From: an uncultured Verrucomicrobiae bacterium
GTDB taxonomy: Bacteria; Verrucomicrobiota; Verrucomicrobiia; Limisphaerales; UBA11358
Reading direction: 5' to 3'
Assembly (NCBI GenBank): GCA_963802515.1
Contig: CAWDIX010000002.1
Location: 566,857 to 630,856, forward strand
Length of the DNA stretch: 64,000 nucleotides
Made by a program: the position numbers and the translations under genes. Under the pieces are notes generated by a model. The model worked only from the letters and a program-made list of their open reading frames with translations, was not told the origin of the DNA and ran no database searches. Shown here one piece after another: positions 36,114 to 44,461 of the stretch. Position 1 is the first letter of the stretch. Every line of letters begins with the position of its first letter.

Positions 36114-36875
36114 ATGCCAGCGAATAATTCGACCAAAAAAACCGGCAGCGCGAAAAGTTCCGTTGCATGGGACTCCACGCCGATCTCGGAACAGAGCATG
36201 CGGCGGCTCGACCGGCTCGCCAGCCTCGGATTGCTTTCGGCGGGCATGGCGCACGAAATCAAGAACAGTCTGGTTGCCGTCAACACCTTCGTCGGCCAGT
36301 TGCTGCAAAACGGCGGGGACCAGGAGTTTTCAGAAACCGTCCGGCGCGAATTGCGGCGGATCGACACGCTGGTGAGCCAGATGCTGCGGTTCGCCGCGCC
36401 GGGCCGGAATGAATTCGCCGCCGTGCACGTGCATGATTTGCTGGACCATTCCCTGCGGCTGGTTGAACACCAGCTCAAAGGCAAATTTATTTCGCTCAAC
36501 CGCCGTTACACCGCCGCGCCGGACACCGTCAGCGGAGACGAATACCAGTTGCAGCAGGCGTTCATGAATTTGTTGTTCAACGCCATCGAAGCCACGGGCA
36601 TGAACGGCACGCTGACCGTGAGCACGGACATTGCCGGGGAGAAGCCGGCCGAACGGCGCATGCGCATTCATGTTCAAGACACCGGCCTGGGCATTGCGCC
36701 GGAAAATCTTCCCCACCTGTTCGAGCCGTTTTTCACCACCAAGAAAAACGGCACGGGTTTGGGACTGGCCATCTGCCAGCGCATCGTTAACGAACACGAC
36801 GGCGACATCTCCGCGCAAAGCGAAGTCAAAAAAGGCGCGACGTTCTGCATCTCGCTGCCGGCGCTCTCACAATAG
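36114..36875 (+). CDS. cytoplasmic histidine kinase without sensor domain (HisKA-HATPase)
   Basis: The ATG at 36114 is followed by LASLGLLSAGMAHEIKNSL (H-box), NLLFNAIEA, QDTGLGI and GTGLGLAICQRIV. Confidence 0.85.
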   Translation: MPANNSTKKTGSAKSSVAWDSTPISEQSMRRLDRLASLGLLSAGMAHEIKNSLVAVNTFVGQLLQNGGDQEFSETVRRELRRIDTLVSQMLRFAAPGRNEFAAVHVHDLLDHSLRLVEHQLKGKFISLNRRYTAAPDTVSGDEYQLQQAFMNLLFNAIEATGMNGTLTVSTDIAGEKPAERRMRIHVQDTGLGIAPENLPHLFEPFFTTKKNGTGLGLAICQRIVNEHDGDISAQSEVKKGATFCISLPALSQ

Positions 36876-36916
36876 TCCGCCAAATTGAGGCAAGGCCAGG
36901 CACTGGCTTTCTGCCA

Positions 36917-37471
36917 TCACTTTGGCAGCGTATTGGTTTCAGTTTTGGGTGAGAGACGAATTAGAATTGGCGGCGTTGTCATTGTAGCGTGTTGATTATT
37001 CGTTGGCTGTTCGCTTAATGGGAACCAACCCACGGCGCTGACACTGTAAATCCCTGCATTTGTAATGGCATATGCTGCTACTAAATCAAAGTCGAAAACC
37101 CTGAATTCGTGGCTTTGAAGTGAAATGAGATAGTTGGATAGTATGGCACCATCCGACTTAAATCTGCACTCAGGTTTTTCTCCTGTTATAGACTCAATGA
37201 TTGAGAATCTACCAAAACCACAACTACAAGGGTTGTCAGCACTGCAATGAAGTATGTGTTCATTTTTTGTAATGTTGGATACAACTATGCTGGCAGATAT
37301 ATTGTCTCCAACCATCAGGTTTGTTTCCGGAATAACCAAGCGTAAATTTAGCCAAGACCAATTTGTATCGGTCTCGATTGCTACGGACGATTGCAATGTA
37401 GCCATAAATAACAGCATTACAGCTAACACTGCGCCGATACTCCGACCTGTTTCAAGTAGTGTGCTTTTCAT
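36917..37471 (-). CDS. hypothetical N-terminally anchored/secreted protein
   Basis: 184 aa in the AT-richer island, 12 nt downstream of the giant gene. It has a hydrophobic N-terminus (IGAVLAVMLLFMATL) and looks beta-rich. I recognise no motif. Confidence 0.5.
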   Translation of the reverse strand: MKSTLLETGRSIGAVLAVMLLFMATLQSSVAIETDTNWSWLNLRLVIPETNLMVGDNISASIVVSNITKNEHILHCSADNPCSCGFGRFSIIESITGEKPECRFKSDGAILSNYLISLQSHEFRVFDFDLVAAYAITNAGIYSVSAVGWFPLSEQPTNNQHATMTTPPILIRLSPKTETNTLPK

Positions 37472-37483
37472 AACATTGTTTCT

Positions 37484-40400
37484 TTACGGAATTGGATAAG
37501 TTGCATGGTACTGCCATTGTGACCTTATATTTATGACATTGTTGGTCCATTCAGGATGACTAAAACAATCCACTCCTACCGCCGCTTGCTGATTCGTGAA
37601 AGGCATAACTCCATGGAACAAAGGCGGCGAATTGGTGTTATCCCTTTGCGCTCGGCCATACCAATTCCAAGTCGCTAATTTTAACGGTACTGCTTTTCCG
37701 CCGGCAGGCGTGAACATCAGGAAGTCTTCAAAACTGTCGCGTCGCCATAGAAATGTGATGATACTGGTCAGTGCATGCGCCGGTGAATCAGTCCTATACC
37801 CGTTGGTTTTTGAATATGATGTCCAAGTTATGGGGAATTGGACATCATAGCCTGTTCCATTGATATACGACCCAAGAGAAATTCCATCTTGTTCGAGATT
37901 CTCCTTCCAATCGATGGTGACGATTTGATAGAATTGGATGTCATAGTCGTTGGTATAGCCTTTCAAGTCTGTCACTTGAAATGAAAAATACATTCCCACA
38001 TCATTTGTTGTGAAGCCTTTGCCAGTCCGCAAGTGATACAAACCGGCATAGGTTTGTTCCGGCTCATTATAATTCGTATCCACCGCCACAGAATCTTTCG
38101 GCGTCAATATCCACGTCACTTCCGGCCTGATTACCTGAAACCATGCCTGCTCTGTGACTGGTTTTCCATCCACCGTTGCCGAGCATTGAACGCGCATCAG
38201 GCCGTTGTTCGCCCAATAAAAAATCACATTGGAATTGATGATTGGAAAATTCGTGTAAAGTATCGCCGATGAGGCGGTGGCGACATAATCCGAAAACGTA
38301 ATTCCCGGCACTATCCACTGGAAATTCGTGAGCAATCCATTGTTTAGCAGGGCATTTGTCACATTCAATTGGCAGGTCAGATTCATCTGTTGCCCCACAA
38401 TTACTTTGTTCGTCTGCGCCGACAAATTCGTGCCTGTGTTGGCGTCCAAGATTTGCAGCGTCACCTTGGTTACCAACATTCTATTAAAAGAGATCTTTTG
38501 CAACGGTCTCTTGGGCGTTACCTCCGGAGTTGCGCCTTCGGGTGCTGAAACGAGTGCTAGACTCCACACCGACCCGTCGTCGTTGGTCACATCCGTCATG
38601 GTCGTTCCCCGGACTTCCAGCAAATTTCCTGGCACTTGCAAACTGCTGTCTTCGTCCAAGACTTGCGCGCTCACCAGATACAACGCGCTCTGTCCAGGCA
38701 CCGCCGGCCCCGAAGGCACAATCATCACGCGGGCATGGGCATCTTCACTCGAACTGCCCAGACCATATTGTTTTTGATAGTAACGAGCTGGGGGTTTTTG
38801 AGGATCATAGACGTAATACCAATAAGGAGGATAATAGAAGTTTTGCGCGACATTTTTGATTTCCCATGCCGGGGAATATCCGTTGTAACCACCGGCCAGG
38901 ATGGTCGGCGGACTGCTGCTGACAGGCTGGCAATCGCCATTAAGACCCGCGTATATCGTGCGATCCACGCCCCCGGATTGATAGAGCCAGTCCACGGTTT
39001 CATCTGTCGTGCCCGGCCTTGGTCCGTCGAGACAACCATAATACCAGGTAAGGTCAGAGTGGTAGTGGCGCGTATAGCTCATCAAACTGATAACGGGCGA
39101 TTGGGCTTGGTTCAAGGTTTGTGAACCGAGCGGATTGTTGCTCAAATCACTTAATTCCAAGTCAAAGCTGGCCATGCCCGTGGGACTCACTGGCACATCG
39201 CTCGCATTCCAAGTGCCATCGCCATTTACCGTCGCTGAAATGCCGTTGACGGTCACGTTCACATTGGAATCGCTCACCGTTCCGGTCACGTTGACAAGGC
39301 TTCGGTTCAATTGATCATCCGAAATCGGATCCATCGTCACCGTCACCACGCTTTTAATCAAGGTCAGATTCGTGGTCGTTGCATTGCCCGCCGCGTCCGT
39401 GGCCGTCAGGCTTACAGTGTTCGTCCCGTCAGCCAGCGGCAAATTATTGACCCAAGCCAGCCCGCTGCGTTCAACCAACCCTTGAACGATGTTGGTATCG
39501 CCATTCATTGAAGCAACGATGGTTGCCGTCGCATCGTCCAGTTGCGCTTGAATTGTAACATTGCTGCCGCTGATGCAGGTGCCATCCGGCGGCCAAAGGA
39601 TGCTCAAGGCCGGTGGCGTGGTGTCATCGGAATAATCCAGCGTGAAGCTGATGTTGGTGGTGGTTGAATTGCCCACCGCGTCCGTCGCGTGAAGGGTGAT
39701 GGTGTTCAAACCGTTGGTCAGGCGAATGTCGTAGCATTGAAAAACGTTCGTCGTAAAGTCGAGCACATTGGTGTCGAAAAACGCCGGGTTCCAAGATCCT
39801 TCCTGGTTGGTGACCACACCCACGGCATTGCTCACGTCGTAGGTCAATGTGTTCAACGCTTTGCTCACGAAACCCTGCAATTGAATCATCGGCGTGGAAA
39901 CCGTGCTGGAAATCGGATTGGTTATGACGAACGTCGGAGCAACAGTGTGAAACAAGGTCAGCTGTGCTGCCAACCATGTCTGCTGGGCATCGGATGGGAA
40001 CCCTCTCAAACCCACGCGCACGGAATAAACACCATCCCCGGCGTTTAATGAAACCGTGATGTTGGTTCCCGCGTAAGGTTGCCAACTGGCGTCGGCCTGA
40101 TTGGTATTGTTGACCAACACCGCCATATAAAAGGGCGTGCCGCCGAAAATGGTGACCATGCCATTGACGATGTTGGTGTTCACTTCATTCGGAAATTGCA
40201 GCGAGAAAAGGATCGGGTTCGGGTCGATGCCATTCTGATAATCTTCCAGCAATGTGCTGACGCCAAAGCCATCCGGATCGGTGTCCGATAAATCCACCGT
40301 GTGAAAGTATTTCCAAAACCACCATTCCGGCGTTTCATTGCCGCCCGAAGTGATACCCGTCCAGTCACGCGCCCAAATAAACAGGTTTGTCCTGCCCGAC

Positions 40401-41146
40401 TCTGAAACTGTGAACGGCATCACATCCTGATTCGTGCCGGGAAATACTTCCGTTTCATTGTCCCAATTGGATGCCAATAAATCCTGCTTGCTCCAGACCT
40501 CGTAAACGTAATCCGTGCCATGATGTAGATTCAAATATGCCAGCCCGTTTGCGACGTTGGTGATTTCCAGCCACAGGCCGTTGGTGTCAAAAGTGTAGCT
40601 GCTGCCGGCAAAATCCTGGCTGTCCATTTCCAAACCCATCGCCCTGGCCAGTGTATGCATTGCCGCGTTTGCCTGCGCTTCCTGAACCTGGCTGATCAAA
40701 TCCAGCACCATATTCCCCTCCACTTGGAGGAGGGTGGCAGAGTTTATGCCGCGCTGAACCTGGCGTGCGGTCGGTTGCGGCACGGCACCGCCGGTCGCGT
40801 CCACGAGGAACTGTCCTTCAAAACCCAATGAGAAAATCGGAGTGCTCGCCGGATCGTGTTCAGTTTGGAGAAAGGGCAATGGGGCTGGTGGTTGTGCGCC
40901 GGAAATGACCCAAAACGTCCCGAATCTCGGTATTTGATCCGGCGATGCCAGTGACAAACCCTGCGCCTCCGCCGTTATCTGCACCACCGAATCGGGCTGG
41001 CCGTCTGGCAAGGTGGCGTTGCCGGAGACGGATTGAGCCTGTGCGGTGGCGACCTGGGCATGAATGAAACCCGACCCCGACAACGCAATGAGTCCATAAA
41101 TGATTAGCAACCCGGCTAAAGTGGTTCTTAAGTTTTTCATGGCCAT
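37484..41146 (-). CDS. 1220-aa secreted protein with Ig-like repeats, function unknown
   Basis: Signal peptide: MAMKNLRTTLAGLLIIYGLIALSGSGFIHAQ. Central repeats of the bacterial Ig-like type: ...TITLHATDAVGNSTTTNISFTLDY..., ...TVSLTATDAAGNATTTNLTLIK.... The ORF is uninterrupted in AT-richer DNA. The C-terminal half has no motif I recognise. Confidence 0.75.
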   Translation of the reverse strand: MAMKNLRTTLAGLLIIYGLIALSGSGFIHAQVATAQAQSVSGNATLPDGQPDSVVQITAEAQGLSLASPDQIPRFGTFWVISGAQPPAPLPFLQTEHDPASTPIFSLGFEGQFLVDATGGAVPQPTARQVQRGINSATLLQVEGNMVLDLISQVQEAQANAAMHTLARAMGLEMDSQDFAGSSYTFDTNGLWLEITNVANGLAYLNLHHGTDYVYEVWSKQDLLASNWDNETEVFPGTNQDVMPFTVSESGRTNLFIWARDWTGITSGGNETPEWWFWKYFHTVDLSDTDPDGFGVSTLLEDYQNGIDPNPILFSLQFPNEVNTNIVNGMVTIFGGTPFYMAVLVNNTNQADASWQPYAGTNITVSLNAGDGVYSVRVGLRGFPSDAQQTWLAAQLTLFHTVAPTFVITNPISSTVSTPMIQLQGFVSKALNTLTYDVSNAVGVVTNQEGSWNPAFFDTNVLDFTTNVFQCYDIRLTNGLNTITLHATDAVGNSTTTNISFTLDYSDDTTPPALSILWPPDGTCISGSNVTIQAQLDDATATIVASMNGDTNIVQGLVERSGLAWVNNLPLADGTNTVSLTATDAAGNATTTNLTLIKSVVTVTMDPISDDQLNRSLVNVTGTVSDSNVNVTVNGISATVNGDGTWNASDVPVSPTGMASFDLELSDLSNNPLGSQTLNQAQSPVISLMSYTRHYHSDLTWYYGCLDGPRPGTTDETVDWLYQSGGVDRTIYAGLNGDCQPVSSSPPTILAGGYNGYSPAWEIKNVAQNFYYPPYWYYVYDPQKPPARYYQKQYGLGSSSEDAHARVMIVPSGPAVPGQSALYLVSAQVLDEDSSLQVPGNLLEVRGTTMTDVTNDDGSVWSLALVSAPEGATPEVTPKRPLQKISFNRMLVTKVTLQILDANTGTNLSAQTNKVIVGQQMNLTCQLNVTNALLNNGLLTNFQWIVPGITFSDYVATASSAILYTNFPIINSNVIFYWANNGLMRVQCSATVDGKPVTEQAWFQVIRPEVTWILTPKDSVAVDTNYNEPEQTYAGLYHLRTGKGFTTNDVGMYFSFQVTDLKGYTNDYDIQFYQIVTIDWKENLEQDGISLGSYINGTGYDVQFPITWTSYSKTNGYRTDSPAHALTSIITFLWRRDSFEDFLMFTPAGGKAVPLKLATWNWYGRAQRDNTNSPPLFHGVMPFTNQQAAVGVDCFSHPEWTNNVINIRSQWQYHATYPIP

Positions 41147-41260
41147 CTTCCTGAATAGCTTCAGCGTTTCTAACGGTAACGCCTGCGCAAGGCAAGAAGA
41201 AAAATACCAGCATGTTGCTGGTGTAGTAAGCGCAGCCTGCCCGCCTATTTTTTATGGGTT

Positions 41261-41512
41261 GTGGCGATCCTCAAGAAGAAACGAAAGCCGATTCTGCGAC
41301 ACCGGAAGCTCATCGGTGATGCTATTCGGCTTTATCGCAAGAAAAGTGGTTTCACTCAGGAGAAACTGGCAGAGTTGGTGGATTTAAATCCAAAATATCT
41401 TGGGGAAGTAGAGCGCGGCGAAAAAATTATATCCATCGAGGCTTTGCTGCGCATTGCAAAGGCAGTGAAAACCCCCATTCGCGAATTCTTTTGTGACATT
41501 GGCCCGTTTTGA
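41261..41512 (+). CDS. XRE-family helix-turn-helix transcriptional regulator
   Basis: IRLYRKKSGFTQEKLAELVDLNPKYLGEVERGEKIISIEALLRIAKAV. It has a GTG start and is divergent from the giant gene. Confidence 0.8.
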   Translation: MAILKKKRKPILRHRKLIGDAIRLYRKKSGFTQEKLAELVDLNPKYLGEVERGEKIISIEALLRIAKAVKTPIREFFCDIGPF

Positions 41513-41515
41513 ATT

Positions 41516-43813
41516 CTATTCCCCGACGAGGTGATACGGGCTGACGGCGTCGTCGCCAACGTGCATCTTCGGCGAGGCCTTGAGCGAGAAGCTGAAAGCG
41601 ATGGTGAAATCCTCCGGACCGGTGCCGTTGTCCACCACGCGGAAAGTCAGGGCGCTCGTCCAACTCCGGAAATCGCGGTAAAGCGTGTAAAATTGTTCCT
41701 GCAGGCGGCCGTTCTGCGCGTTGATATTGTCGGTGGCGCGAAAACCCCAGTTGTCGTTCAGGCGGTAAAACCAGGTGCTGGTGATGAAATTGTCGCCGCC
41801 CACGTCGTTGCCCAGCAGACCGCTGCGCAAATACCAGTGGCCGAGGCCCCAACTCCATCGTTCATTCGGCGTAAAGGTGAGTTGATGAAACGCGAGATTC
41901 AGGTGGCTGTCGTTGATGTCGTATCGCACCTGCGATTCCAGCGTGAGCCACGAACGCGGCCGGAACGCGAGCGCGGAATAAAGGTCGTTGAACGTTTTTT
42001 GCGGGCCCACCGAGGTCAAACCGTTTTGCAGCGCGTTGGTGCGCGTGTCGGGTTTGAGCCGCCAGTCCAGCATCACGTTCCAATCCAGCAAAGTGTCGAG
42101 CTGCCCGTCGCGCATGGTTTGCAGCGTGTTCCGCAAGCCGAAACGGATGACATTCTGGCTGTCAACGGAATCAATGTTGTTGTAATCGGGGGACTGAATC
42201 GGAAGTATCTCCAGGCCCGGCAATTCGGAATCGAATTGCGGCACTTGCGACGGCGGGGTGCTCGGGTCGGGAACGAAAACATAATTCATCGACGGCTCGA
42301 TGATGTGGCGCAGGCCGTCAATCTGAAGGAATGAATTGGTCGCGCCCGCCCACAGGCGCGAGGCTTTGAAGGATGTTTCAACCCCGGTGTTGAAGACTTT
42401 GCGGAAGATTTCGTCGTTCGTGCCGCCGGGGCCGGTCGCCTGGCTATAATACGTGAGGCGACCGCCGAGGCGCGGCGTGACGTTCAGCCAGTTGAAAAAT
42501 TTCTGCGGCAGGAGCACTTGCTGATACGTGTCGGCGCGCGCGGCGGAAAAATCGGCGAACGGACCATTGGTATTGACGTACAGCTGTTCGTTCGTGCCGG
42601 CAAAGACGTGCCGATAGTAACCCGCCGAACTTTCGCTTTCGTAATAAAGCGGCGTGTCAAACACCTGCTGGCGGAACCCGGTGAGCTTCACGTCCGGCAG
42701 CCGCTCGACCTGGTCGAAGAAATTGTTGATGCGCGGCGTGGTTTCGGCGTCCAGGCTCCAGTTCTCCCAGTATTTATTGACCTCGGTAAAGGTGTTCGGC
42801 TGCGGGTTATCGCTGTAATCACCTTCAAAAAAGTCGTGCAACACCAGCGGGTCGCTCTGGTAATTCACCAGCGCCTTCACGTTCAAATTGGTGTACGGCG
42901 TCGCCTGCCAGGCAAAATAAAAACGCTGCCGGTTCTGGGGGAGTATCCCCAGATTGGCGAAACTGGTGACGGGGCCGTTTGTGCTTACACTGGTGTTGGG
43001 ATTCTGGTCGTGGGTGTAATAATATTTGAACGCGAAGTCGCCCCAGCGGCCCATCTGCAAATTCAAATCCGGCCCCGCCCCCACGCCGCGGCGTTCACGG
43101 TAGTCCAGATGGATTTTGCCGTCCATGTTATCACCCAGATACCACGTGTAAGAATTCAGCAGATACGCACCGTAGGCGCTGCGGTAGCCGGGGGCAAAAT
43201 TGAAATTGTTTGCGCGCGCGCCGAGGTTGCGCTTGTAATACGGAAAGTAAAACGCCGGCACACCGTCCACATATAACACCGCGTTCCACATCTCGACATA
43301 TTTGCCGGGCACAATTCGCACCCGGCTGGCGCGCACACGCGTTGCCGGGTTGCTCACGTCATCGGTCGTGATAAAAATGTGGCGCGCGGTGTAGGTGTGA
43401 TTGGTGAGGTCGCCCGCCAATTCCCGGCCGGCGGCGTACACGGGCGGTTTGCCGGTGCGGAAATCCTCGCTTTGCATCTGGTGCGTCTTGAAATTGTAGC
43501 GGATGTGCTCGCCGACCCAGATCTGGTCGCCCGACTCGATGCGCACGTGCCCGTCGGCCTCGACGTCGCCGGTCTGCTCGTTCAACGTCGCGCTGTCCGC
43601 CGAGAGCGTCGCGTCGCCGTATTTCACGTAGATGCCGTTGGTGCCGCGTGCCAGACCCGACGTCAGGTCGTACATAAAGCCGCCTTCGGGCGTGCCCGGG
43701 ATGATCTTGTTGAGCGCCCGGATTTCCCACGACTCTTCCGGTTGTGCAGAGGAAACGAAGGGGAAAACCGCGACAAAAAAAATCAACGGGGCAATGGCGG
43801 GCAATTTTCTCAT
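41516..43813 (-). CDS. lptD: LPS-assembly outer-membrane protein LptD (OstA)
   Basis: Signal peptide, then an OstA-N pattern (ATLNEQTGDVEADGHVRIESGDQIWVGEHIRYNFKT) and a long aromatic/Gly-rich beta-barrel C-terminal region. Confidence 0.85.
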   Translation of the reverse strand: MRKLPAIAPLIFFVAVFPFVSSAQPEESWEIRALNKIIPGTPEGGFMYDLTSGLARGTNGIYVKYGDATLSADSATLNEQTGDVEADGHVRIESGDQIWVGEHIRYNFKTHQMQSEDFRTGKPPVYAAGRELAGDLTNHTYTARHIFITTDDVSNPATRVRASRVRIVPGKYVEMWNAVLYVDGVPAFYFPYYKRNLGARANNFNFAPGYRSAYGAYLLNSYTWYLGDNMDGKIHLDYRERRGVGAGPDLNLQMGRWGDFAFKYYYTHDQNPNTSVSTNGPVTSFANLGILPQNRQRFYFAWQATPYTNLNVKALVNYQSDPLVLHDFFEGDYSDNPQPNTFTEVNKYWENWSLDAETTPRINNFFDQVERLPDVKLTGFRQQVFDTPLYYESESSAGYYRHVFAGTNEQLYVNTNGPFADFSAARADTYQQVLLPQKFFNWLNVTPRLGGRLTYYSQATGPGGTNDEIFRKVFNTGVETSFKASRLWAGATNSFLQIDGLRHIIEPSMNYVFVPDPSTPPSQVPQFDSELPGLEILPIQSPDYNNIDSVDSQNVIRFGLRNTLQTMRDGQLDTLLDWNVMLDWRLKPDTRTNALQNGLTSVGPQKTFNDLYSALAFRPRSWLTLESQVRYDINDSHLNLAFHQLTFTPNERWSWGLGHWYLRSGLLGNDVGGDNFITSTWFYRLNDNWGFRATDNINAQNGRLQEQFYTLYRDFRSWTSALTFRVVDNGTGPEDFTIAFSFSLKASPKMHVGDDAVSPYHLVGE

Positions 43814-43930
43814 CGGGCGCGGCTAATAGAACAGAATAAACCGCGACTGCCAAGCGGATTTGATTCCTCCCCGCCCTGCAGGAGACGACGTCAGGAGTCT
43901 CGTTATTCAAAAAGCAACGAGCTTCGTCTC

Positions 43931-44290
43931 CTACCCTGAATCCTTCGGCAGGAACGCGAACGCCACTGCCGCCAGGATGCACACGAATGCCGCGACGTAA
44001 TTCCAGCGGATTTTTTCGTGCAGATACAGCATGGCGAAAACCACGAACACCGACAGGGTAATGATCTCCTGGATGATTTTGAGTTGCGCGGCGGAATAAA
44101 CCGAGTTGCCCCAACGATTGGCGGGCACTTGCAGGCAATACTCGAAAAAAGCGATGCCCCAGCTCACAAGGATGACCAGCAACAACGGTTTGTTCTTGAA
44201 CTTCAAATGGCCATACCACGCGATGGTCATGAAAATGTTCGAGCCGGTCAGCAGCACGATGGGCAGCCAGCGGGATTCAGTAATATTCAT
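43931..44290 (-). CDS. DMT-superfamily small membrane protein (DUF486)
   Basis: The ATG at 44290 gives MNITESRWLPIVLLTGSNIFMTIAWYGHLKF...FFEYCLQVPANRWG...AQLKIIQEIITL. Confidence 0.8.
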   Translation of the reverse strand: MNITESRWLPIVLLTGSNIFMTIAWYGHLKFKNKPLLLVILVSWGIAFFEYCLQVPANRWGNSVYSAAQLKIIQEIITLSVFVVFAMLYLHEKIRWNYVAAFVCILAAVAFAFLPKDSG

Positions 44291-44461
44291 TGCGCAAAAA
44301 TGAATTCGCCCGGCCAGGGTGTCAAACGAGAACGCGGAAATTTTCCCGGCAAGCGGGTCCAACAATTTCTCTCGCAAGGCGCGTTCGAATCGGGCGCACG
44401 CCGAAGTCGGTGGACAAAAACGGGTTTCCCGGCTTACTGTTCCCGGAATTCAAGCCGCAAA

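Noticed and set aside
43359-44219. 286-aa minus-strand ORF bridging lptD and the DUF486 gene.
   Set aside because: It overlaps the lptD N-terminus in another frame and the spacer. The translation is low-complexity and Arg/Pro/Gly-rich.
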